Below are positions 39,743 to 50,296 of a stretch of 64,000 nucleotides of DNA, piece after piece (position 1 is the first letter of the stretch; each line of letters opens with the position of its first letter). The stretch is from NCBI GenBank assembly GCA_964187785.1, contig OZ076409.1, positions 55,430,001 to 55,494,000 of the forward strand, given 5' to 3'. Under the pieces are notes generated by a model. The model saw only the letters and a list, made by a program, of their open reading frames with translations, was not told the DNA's origin and did no database searches. Made by a program: the position numbers and the translations under genes. The DNA comes from Amphiscolops sp. MND2022 (Eukaryota).

Positions 39743-41249
39743 TCTGACGAAAGTTTGTTATTTGAAGATGGATTTTCTTCATTAAATGTTGTATCAGCTT
39801 AATTTGGGTGCGCCCAATGATCCTTCTGCTGACAGCTTCTGCGCAAAGATACTCGATTGTCGTGTTTTCTGGCTGTGTCATCAAAAATTCTTCTCAATTT
39901 GATGGGCATTGTGGAACTTTCCTCGCACGATTTCACTTTTTTGGCTGAGAAAATGAGTGTTTGCAATTAAGAGCACTGGTCGTTCTGGAATCTCTCATGG
40001 AGTGCGGCTAGGGAGAGATCGTAGTCAGTTCTGGTAGCTTCCGGCGGTTGAATGTTAACGCATCAACCTTAAGGTGCAGATGCAGATATTGATGACGTTC
40101 AATAATGGCAATGTCTGCGATTTGCATGCAGCTTTATTTGAAGTTTTCTTTTTCTGTACCCTCGAACCAATGAAGGGTTGATGATTGACAAAATTTGGAT
40201 TGTGGCATTTTATAATGAGAGGTTTTAATTTGCCGCGTGAGTTTTGCTTTGTTATGTGAAATCTGTAAATTTTTATTCAGTTGAAACGAAATTTCTATTT
40301 TATTCAGCAGCAGAAGTGAAGATACTACCTCTCCATAGTTGGAGGTTTTGTGATTGTAGGTGGAGTACACTTATCGTCAAGAAAGTAGTACTTGGGCATT
40401 GTTGTAGTTATTTAGTGATTGTTTTCTAGAGAGGAGGAGAATGGCCCCTGTCACCATGTCATAGATCTGAAATTAGGCAGAGCTGAGGAGACGTTTTATT
40501 ATTCTTGGTATTTCTTTACCATAATAAGTTTACCATAATTCAATGATTGAGTCCAAATAGCGAAAAGAAACGTCAGCAGTTTGGTTGAACGTTTTTACGG
40601 TTCTGTAGTTATCTCATTTTTCTTTTGGGGTCCATGTCTAGTGCTACAGAGGCTCTCTTATCGTTGGCGTGTTTATCTGTTATTGGCTGCCCTATCTGAT
40701 AGGTCCACGTCTGTCATTGTTCATCCTGTTTTCTTTCTACAGTGACCAACTACAAATTGATTTCAATCAAAAACGGCTCGATAAGCACGACCGCATGAAA
40801 AACACGCTTGTGTGCACATCAAACTGTTCGCTTCAGCACTATGTTCAATCTTCAAAAACACTTTCGCTACTTCGCACCACTTTGATTTTTTCTTACACTG
40901 GTTGAGACTCTCTGAACGTTTTACAAGATGTTAAATGTTACCAAGCAAATTTATCAAGATTTTGCAGAACTCTCGAGAAAACGTCTAAGCATCAAAAGTT
41001 CACTGAATTGCGTGAATTTTAGCAGTCTGTCTGAAAATTACACCCTAAACTTCGCAGCAAATCGGTGCCACGATGTTTTGCAACTTTCAGTATGCAAAAA
41101 TTCTGTTTTCGAATGCAGCTGATAAGCTGAATCTTTGGAAATAACAGATCTCCTAATTACTAAAATTGATCTTTGAAGAAATTTTAGTGACAATCAAACA
41201 TTTATGAAATTTGTGAGGAGGATAGTTATACCGAGATTGTTACATATTT

Positions 41250-43345
41250 GGGATTCGAATAGAACATTATCTTAGATGATCTCAAGTTATGCTGAGGGTT
41301 TGCTGATAAAGAACGTTCAGTTACAACTCACAGAGTAATCTTTGACAATATGACAAATATTTACAGTTACATATGTTCGCTGATGCATCAGAAATGTGAC
41401 TTTGTGTTGTCGTCAACTTGAGGTTTGACAAAGATGACAAAGTCAAAGTTTCCTCTGTTATGGGGAAAACAAGAATGGCTCCTATCAAAACTACAGTTAA
41501 AATACAGGATGGGCATCTTTTCCTGTGTCTCAGCTTTTCAAGCAGCTTTTCATGCGTCAGATAAAAATACTTTTCATTGAACATCATGATTTGACCATAA
41601 ATGAAGATGTTTTTGTTTGGAGCTATTCGTCAACTGTGATACAATGGCTGAAGGCATCTGAAAAGGAGCAGCAAACTTTTGTTGCTATTCGCAACGGAGA
41701 AATTTTTAAAAACACCATACTGGGTCAATGGAATCATATCCCTGGGTCCACGAAATGCGGCAGATCCCGGTACCCGAGGGATGAGAACCAATGAAATTGC
41801 TTTGAAAGTGTGGCTAAACGGGCCGGCATGGCTGAGTGAGAACGAAGCTCATTGGACAAAAACTATTGCTGTGTGCACTTTTGTTGAGGTCAGTTCAGAA
41901 ACCTCTAAAATAGTTACCGTATTATCGAACAAACCACGTGAGTTACAAGGTGAACTATTTAAACCTTGGACTACATTAATTCACACTATTTGCTTCAATT
42001 CACGATGAAAATACTCAATTAAGTTAGAGGAATGATTTAATTGGACGAATACCACTATGGAGAGCGAATCATTTTCAAGATAGTTCAAAAAGAAGCTTTG
42101 ACGACTGAAAGTGATGCAATATTCAACGGCAAAGAATTACCTTCCAAATCATACAAATCACAACTTTGCCCGTTTATCGACAATCAGGGTCTTGTTAGAG
42201 CACGTGGCAGTTTATCAAACGCTGATTTGGAGTTTGATATTATACCCTGCACCAAATCTTTGTATCATCTCCAAAAGACTGTAACACGACTGATGATGCT
42301 GAAATATCATTCGAATAGTTATCATCAGGGGGTTGGAAATATGCGACATAGATTGAAGCAGAGTTTTGGCTTATTGGGACTCAGAGACACCTTGCGGTAC
42401 ATCAAAAATTGCTTCCTTCCATGTTGGAAACACAGCACCGTAGTCCAAGCTCCAATTATAGCTGGAGAAAGTTGAATACCCTTTTACTTATGTTGGCGTT
42501 GAATATTTTGGGTCCCCAGGGTTGAAATTAATGAAAAAACCTTAGAGATGGTTGTGTGCCTTCACCTGCCCGTCCACAAGAGCCATGCATGCATTTTAAG
42601 TTGGTGTTTTCGTTAGATACTCACTCCTCTCTGATTACAATTATGCGATTCATTGTCAGAAAGGCTACCCATCAAAAGTTTAGAGCAATAATGGAGGAAA
42701 CTTTGTTGATGCGAAGAACGAGCTGAAGCAGTTTGCATAAAGGTGGCAAAATAGCAACTTTCAAGAAAAAACTTCGTCATAAGAAGATCTTTTGAAGGTT
42801 CAACCCTGCCGAAGCGCCCCATTTTGGTGGATTTTTGGAGCGAATGGCGAAGACATGCAAACAGGCGATATTACACGTTCTGAATGGTCAAAGGTTTACT
42901 GACGAGCTTTTAGCTACAATTCTTTGTCTCACTGAGCAAATGCTCAAGTCCTTCCTCTCACGCCTAACTCTATTGATCCTTCCAACATAGAGGCTGTGAA
43001 GCCTCATTATTTTTTACTGTTCGGAATATTGCTTTTCCGTTTCTGTCAGATCCGCAATATTACCAAAATCACAGGAAAATGTATCAAACTTGCTCAAGCT
43101 CACATTGACAACATATGGGCAAGATGGCTGAAAGTGTATCTTCCAGCGCATAATGTTATCAAAAATGGTACAAGGAACGTCCACAACTGGAAGAAAATGA
43201 TCTGGTGTGGATTACCGACCCAACAAAATTTTATCAAGCTTGGATGTGTCAAAAAGTGTCGTTCTCGGAATAATGGCAATATTCGATCTTGTGACATCCT
43301 AAACCAGTCTGGAGTTGTTTTTCGACCTGTCGTCAAGTTTTCCCC
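41250..43345 (+). pseudogene. Decayed BEL/Pao pol (RNase H, integrase)
   Basis: LHMFADASE, VMGKTRMAP, WLNGPAWL, GLVRARG, FTCPSTRAMH, APHFGG, RPVVK across frameshifts. Confidence 0.9.
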
Positions 43346-43892
43346 GTGTATTGGGCGACATTGTGTGTGTTCCTCCTCATGAGAATAACAAGGCTTTTTT
43401 GCCAAGCTACTAATCTAGCATAAAAATCTGGAATTCAAAACACTTTTTCTTCAAAAATAGTTTTCGAGCGGGTTTTTGCGACTTTTTGAGCAATGTATCA
43501 CTTTTCTGGAAAGTATTGCCCTCCTTTCCATATTTCACCCACTTTAGCGCCCATATTTGTTCGTGATTGTGTTGTGCCAACAAACTTGAGTTTGTGTGCC
43601 AAGATTAGTTTTTTAGACTACTTGCATAGGCAGAAATCGTCCAAAATATTGTATCACGAAAACAATCACGAAAGTGTAGTTACTTGTAGTGTATCAGCGT
43701 GCATTCTCTCCTACCTCCTAATTTACACTCCAATCATTGCTTCAATAAAGTTGTTTCTATTAGTCATTTTACCTGGGAGGTTGGGTAACCATTTTAGAAC
43801 GGGATATTGACTTCTTCAAAGAATGTTTTGAGTGTTTTTAGTCAGCGCAAAGGGCCGTCTTTCATTTACTCCATTTTCAAGATACAAAAACA

Positions 43893-44327
43893 GACAAGAC
43901 TATAGGTCCCTCCTTGAATCTTTTCGGCATTGTGAGACTTTTTTCGAATTTTTTTCCTCTAAAGCTCCCTCAACTTTCTTCGATGCTTTGCGGCAGAGTG
44001 GTTGTTGAAAAAACCCAAAGGGTCCCCCATTTCAATTTTTGTCAGCACCGTGAGACTTTTTTTAGTGTTTGTTCTCGCCGAAGTGTCCTCCTGTCAAATT
44101 TGTTTGTTATTTTGCAGGAAACTGATGTTTTAAAAAGCCAAAAAAACTTCCCCTTTCAAGTGTTTCGGCACTATAAGACTGTTTCGAAATTCTACCTTTT
44201 TGTTTTTCAATCGAAAACTTTTAAATGTCTCCATAGGATTCAATTCATATTTGGAACAAACAGGATTTCCAAAAAGCTCAAAGGACCCGCTTCAACTGTT
44301 TTTTTTGCGCTTCTTGGATATAGCGCC
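43893..44327 (+). mobile_element. Interspersed repeat (family of 21985-22364) interrupted by the Gypsy insertion
   Basis: Shared subrepeats; breaks after GATATAGCGCC, whereas the copy near 22330 continues GATATGGCGCC-GAC. Confidence 0.65.
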
Positions 44328-46523
44328 TGTCACGACCCGCTCCCGGTTGTAATTTCACCTGCTGTTCTGGGATACCCGGGTACGGAGGAGGACGAGGCAA
44401 CGGCTTTTGCAAGTATTACTAAACTAGTTTAATTTTAACTCAATCAAATGTTTTACAGTACAGCTGAATTTTCCTGTTTAATGTTTTCACGCGTAACGCT
44501 ATTTTCATTTCCTCTATCGTCTTTTGAATTTTGTCTTGCTAATCTAAACATTAAAACAAAAACATTTTCTAATTGGGATCATTCTTCTTCTGTTCCACAC
44601 TAAAATGAAAACATCAAAAAAATATTTAACTCTGAGATCCCAGCGGAGTGCATACGATCTATAATGAAAAACATACAGAATATAGGGGAGTTATTTCTCC
44701 AGTATTAGAGTAGTTGTCAATATTCACTTGAAGCCTCAGTCAAGTGATTTTAAGCAAATGTTTACAACGTTATGACAGCGTCAGTCAAATGAGCTAATAC
44801 TAGTTGTTTCTATATTTACGGACCAATAGCGTCACTCCTCAACTGAACTATTTAGGCTTGCGCGGATAGAATTAAGCTCGGTTGCCCCTAGCAACGCCAA
44901 TTAGCTAAGAGAAAGAGAATGAATTCGCCTACGCGCTCTGCTTTCCTCCGCCGCTCAGCTATAACTAATCATAATACGTACGGAGCGGCTACGGAACGGA
45001 TTGTAAAGTTGTATTCCGCTGGTTAGCTATAACTAATCTTAATACGTACGGCGTGGTTACGGAGCGGATTGTAAAACTGTAGATATGAAGTATTGGTACA
45101 AAAGGAATTATGACAAAGTCTCCTGTTTTGAATCGACGCATTTAAGTGATCTTTGGAATAGGATTTCACATGAAGAAAAATTGTACTGTAAGAATAACCG
45201 AAGTATTAATTTGATGCTGCCAAATGTGAAATACGATTGACTTACGTTGCAATTTACTCATCAACAAAATGGTTTCGATCGAATAGCTTCATTTTATGGA
45301 AGATACCTTGTGGCAATGAAATAGAAAAATGCAGCGTAAGATTAACGCACTTTCCAAATGCCTTCTTATAATTTCCTGTGTTTGTGACACTACCATAGTC
45401 ATGAGTTGCTACCTATTGGATACCAGTCTGTTGTCTGTTTTGATAAGTGGAAACTTTTTACACTATTCTCCTAATTTCTATGGAAATGATGTTTTGTACA
45501 AACGGGTTGTTCCCGTTGTAACCGTTAATGTTTGTGTTTAATCCATACTAGTGCTAAAGGTATGGTGAATGTTTGTTTAAGTTATCAATTGCAATATGCC
45601 GTTTCAGCATCGTTTGTTCCTTTACAGTTTTTAGGTATTTCCCATTTTTAATTTCCTATACTCCGTTTCATTTCTCTCAATATTTTTGAGCGTCATACTT
45701 TTGCTTCGAACATTAATTCCTAACTTGGGAAGTGACTATTTGATCACGCCGGCGTGTCTTCGTCGATGAAAATTTCAGCTAGACCTTTATTTTATCGCAA
45801 TTTTGAGACTTAAACAGGAAATGGAATTGCCTGAACAGAAATGATTTCAACCAGTATTACGGAATAACGACACAACTAGGAATTTTGATACCTAATTTTA
45901 TGACCCGGGCTGAAATAATTTGAATCATAAGCTCATTTTGATGAACAAACCTGATTTTTAAGATACCTAGGAATTTTTAGGTGAGAAACAAATGATGCTG
46001 GAAGGGTATAAATATGTAAGACTTTCATGTAAAGTTAGTTAGTTTTGTGATACCGTACTGCTTAAACTGTTCCGTTAAAACAACGAAAATACCTTCTTCG
46101 AAGAAATTAACATTGTCGAAGGTTTTGAATTTTCAACCTGAAAAATGACAACTAGAAGCCAAAAGAGGAAAGCTGTAGCTGAGCTAGTTTCTGGAGATTT
46201 TGAAACCCCTGTAAACGAGAATATCACGTCTGAGGATTTAATTGCAGGCCCTAGTAAAACTCTCAGGATTGAGCCAGAAAACTTAGACCAAATAAAAACG
46301 TCTTTGAGGAATGAAATCCTATCTGACCTGTCAAAAATATTAGCTGAGAACCAAAAAGAAATGCTTAAGTTGATAGCACTTTCGAGTAAAAAACGCCCCC
46401 TCTGTACTAATGACCAGGAATCTGATTCTGAACCTGAAAACATCTCCGTTGCTAGAACGTCAACACCTGCCAAAACAACAATTGCGACTAGCTGTAGAAC
46501 TACCCCAGTAAGTAGTCGTAACA
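44328..46523 (+). repeat. 5' LTR (about 2.2 kb)
   Basis: Matches 63154-64000; termini TGTCACGAC / GTCGTAACA are an 8/9 inverted repeat; followed directly by TGG. Confidence 0.8.
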
Positions 46524-47559
46524 TGGTGACAGGAGTCCTCAATGACTCCACAAATCAACCCACCAAACGACCGAAACAACAACGTGCATCTAGCGAACAA
46601 TCAAAAGAACGTCCCTCAACATCTAAAATACTGTTCGCACCCCAACCGCAGACACTCCCATCTGCCAATCTACTTCCAATGCCGAAAGCGCTCACTGCTT
46701 CGCTTCCAGTTTTCGATGGTAAGTTCGAAAAGTTTGAACTTTTTGAGGACCTAATCAGAAACAACATCAAATTGTACCCTCATCTCACAGAGATCCAAAA
46801 AAATTACTTTCACTCACTGCTACGAAGAAACGCACTCCAAGCGTACTGTAACCTCGACGACACCAAAAAAGACAATCTGGAAGAAGTCATAACGGCTTTC
46901 AAACGTCGTTTTGGCGATTCCCAATCATCAGCTAAGGCAAGATGCGAGTGGGACGCCCTACATTTCGACCCAACAAAACAAAAACTCCATGAATTTTCAG
47001 ACACATTGCAGAAAACGGCTGAAGAAGCCTTCGGATCTGAGGCACAAAAACTCATTGACAAAGCAATATACGCCAAAATGCCAGACCACGTTAAAAAGAT
47101 CCTCAACAGGGCATACTTAGAAGACAAGCCCTACAACGATATCGTTCTGCACCTTGAACGAGAGATGCGATTAAACGGACTAGGCGCGCCTGAAGAAACG
47201 ACCCTAGTCCCTCTTAACACAGTGGACACCGTAGTGACGGATGACAAGAAAGAACAACAGCAAAGAGGGTATTGTTTCCACTGTGGCAATTATGGCCACT
47301 ACAAAGCACAGTGTCGCCGACTTCGAAAGGGGGCGATACTACGCCAACACAAAATCGAACAATAAACAGTCAAATCAAAATGAACCGCCAAAACCCAAAT
47401 GCGATACGTGTGGAAAGATGCACAAAACTGAAAACTGTTGGGACGGAGCTATTGCGGCAAACGACCCCAGGAAACGCAAACGAGAGTTCACCATCCCAAC
47501 GGACAAGATCAGCGAACGACCCACCCGTACCCAACACGTCGACACAAGCAAAAAACTAA
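46145..47559 (+). pseudogene. gag: Gypsy gag with two zinc knuckles (frameshifted at 3' end)
   Basis: 406-aa ORF with LPVFDG and CFHCGNYGHYKAQC; second knuckle CDTCGKMHKTENC in a shifted frame. Confidence 0.9.
46524..46536 (+). promoter_or_regulatory. Primer-binding site, tRNA-Leu-like
   Basis: TGGTGACAGGAGT directly after the LTR end. Confidence 0.7.
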
Positions 47560-47603
47560 AATAGCCGCGCCTACGCTCTGGGGAAAAAGTAGGCGCGAGG
47601 GCG
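47550..47603 (+). promoter_or_regulatory. Putative -1 ribosomal frameshift signal
   Basis: A AAA AAC before TAA; stem CGCGCCTAC/GTAGGCGCG; loop GCTCT can pair with AGGGC. Confidence 0.65.
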
Positions 47604-48494
47604 CACGCCATCGAAGACCTCCCAAATAGGTACGAAGAGGATTTTTTCACAGAATGCAACGAGGAATCAACCCAGGATTGGCAATGTCGCTGGAACGTAG
47701 GCAAGATACTTAGACACAATGCTAGACACCCAGAAGATCCAACACCACTACCCCGATGGATAACAGAGTCGCCCGATAATTATGCGACACTCAAAAGACC
47801 TCTGACAGAATCAAAAACCGAGCGCATTTACATATATGACAGAGACTATAGATGTGATCCTTGGGACGAACCAACCCTCTATGACACAAATAAACTCTCT
47901 TTCAAAATCCAGGTTCCAAACCCTCAAGCACAATCCACAGAAACTACAAAGTTACCATCACCGCCGTCACCAATTCTGACAAAGGCAACACCGTCCCCGA
48001 CAGAACCCGTCACCGTCACGTTCACACCGATAGATGCAGAGAACTGCAGAGAACATCATCTGCATCGAGGAAAAAACAGTATGGGCACAACAAGAAAGAG
48101 AAAAGCGAGTAAAATCCAACCCTACCGCATCACCTCCAAAAACCGCACCCGCTTCAGCAATGACAAACGAAGACGAAGAAATAACGGAATGTCCTTCAAA
48201 ACTACCCGAAGATCTAGATGTCATCAAAGAATTCATCCAGCACGCACGACAAAGATGATGACTACATTCCGCTAATGCCTGCAATTGCCCTCAAGAAGAA
48301 AAAACGAATGCTCTTTTTACCAGTTGAATTCAACACTGTCAAAATCGACGCTTTAGTCGACTCAGGTGCGTACATTAACGCTATTAGTGAAAGGGACGCC
48401 GAAAAACTTCGACAGAATGCAAGTCAATGCATCGTCAACAGAGCACCCCCACCCCCTTTCAAAGTGCAGGACGCTAACGCCGAATTGGAACAAC
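47565..48494 (+). pseudogene. pol: Gypsy pol 5' part with aspartic protease N-half
   Basis: ALVDSGAYINAI (DSG at 48359-48367); interrupted at 48494. Confidence 0.88.
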
Positions 48495-49513
48495 TGTTGG
48501 CGCCAGTCATCAGAAGGCAAAGAAACTCGATTCAGAACATGCTGGTTGAGATACAAGAACTTAAACTCCTAAAAACTTAGAAGAAATTTTGAAGAAATAT
48601 CAAGTGTGACAAAAATGGAAACCCCCCCAAATGGGTTTTCTCCAAGAATACTAACCCTAGAGCCACGAAACTTGGCACCCGTATGCAGATACATAACACA
48701 AACACACCAGCCAAGTTTCAAGGTCATCCACCCATTATAACCCCCTTTACCCCTCACATGTGTAGTATTCAAGGTCATTGAGACAAAAAGGTAAACTTTG
48801 TTATTTACCTATATGACCACATTAGAATGTAACTCTGTTGATTAATGATATTTACATTGTGTAAACATACTTTCTAACCCACCTGATTAACATGCCAAAA
48901 CCACCACATAGTTTGTTTACTTAGCCAATAACTTCATTTTATGCTTTAAATGTCATTTATTTATACAACATATTTTTACTGATATTTGCTTATATTTACT
49001 GTAGAATTGTAAACGATATGTATACCATTATTAGACAGAAATTTTCTCGACTGAATAGCTATAGTCAAGTTGGGTCTCAGGACCGCGAGACTAATTAATC
49101 AACTTCTCAATCTTCACAACTTTTCGCTAGAGTTAGAGCGACTAAGTAGCTACTCTCATAGTTGGAGAGCCGGAGCGCGTGAATATACTGTGAGGGAAGT
49201 GTGTGCAGGATCACATCGGATCCAAATCAGTGCAAAGAGGAATCGCAGGAGGGATCGCAGCCAAAAGATACAGTCCTTTAAAACAAGAAACTAGGATTTG
49301 TTTAGTAACGGTCCACAGTACTAAGCAACGGATCAGGGCGGCGTAAAGTTTGTCAAGCCTCAGCGCAGGATAAGGGCAAGCAGCCGTTACATTTGGTCCG
49401 CCGACCCGGACAACTCGTTGGTGGACGACCCGGACTAGAAGAAGACGACTCGTTGGTGGACAACTGAGAAGATAGCCCAAGAAGAACAAGTGTCTGGATC
49501 TTGGAGTCTCTGA

Positions 49514-49680
49514 CTACTGTGTCTCTGGGAGATTGGGCTACTGTGTCTCTGGGAGATTGGGTTACTGTGTCTCTGGGAGATTGGGCTACTGTGACTCTGG
49601 GAGTTTGGACTATTGTGACTCTGGGTGTTTGGACTATAGTGACTCTGGAGTTGGGACTATTGTGTACTCTGGGAGTTGGG
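49514..49680. repeat. 24-bp minisatellite in the Pao leader
   Basis: About 7 copies of CTACTGTGTCTCTGGGAGATTGGG. Confidence 0.9.
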
Positions 49681-50296
49681 CTTTAGCGGCACTCTGGAGG
49701 TATTTGTGCATCAACTCTAGTTTTGAGACGAATTGTATTCTTTGGGAACGTATTCCTGATTGAAGCAAAGATCTGGTCTAAGACGTCATTGCAAGTAAAT
49801 CCACCAAGTAAAGCCAAGGGATCAAGTCAGAGAGACAAGATCCACCGAAACAATCAAGTTCGTCAAAGAAGGCAAGTATAATCGACAGTATTGGGTTGAT
49901 TCTTCAAGAATTGGCGATTGACTACCGGATTGAGCTGTTGACACTTTGTATCTGAGAAATTGCAGAGTTGGGAAAAGTGACAAAGCCTACAAGGAACAAT
50001 TGTGAAGTTCGAAAGCCCTCAGTGGAACAAAAGAGTCATATGAACAAATGAAAGCCAAAAAAAAGAAAAGCAAGTGATGCAGCACCCTCGAATGACAAAT
50101 GTGTTTGAAGGAAGAAACACGAAGCAGAGCCAACAACTGATGGAAATCAGACCAAAAGAGTTGGAAAATGTGTCAATTGGTACGCATGGAGCCTCTATTG
50201 GAATACTGGACCCCTACATGTGGAAAAGCTCCATACGTTAGTAAAAGACTTGGATGACAAGCTCGATGAGGAAAGAGCTGTTGTATCCAAAAAAAC

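Larger units (their letters stand above)
33385..40715 (-). mobile_element. Decayed gag-pol-deleted Gypsy-like LTR element with accessory and env-like remnants
   Basis: Direct repeats 33385-33748 and 40457-40715; on the minus strand the right copy ends TGACA and is followed at once by TGGTGACAGGGG (PBS). Confidence 0.7.

Noticed and set aside
40428..40456. Purine run as a PPT, placing the 33385-40715 element on the plus strand
   Set aside because: The minus strand gives an adjacent TGGTGACAGG PBS matching the large Gypsy and puts the internal ORFs in sense; not fully excluded
45381..45395. TTTGTGACA as the end of the 5' LTR with a non-canonical PBS
   Set aside because: 46523 gives a better terminal inverted repeat and is followed by a canonical TGG PBS
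49514..49680. Regular 24-bp repeats as a CRISPR array
   Set aside because: Head-to-tail units without unique spacers, in eukaryotic retroelement DNA
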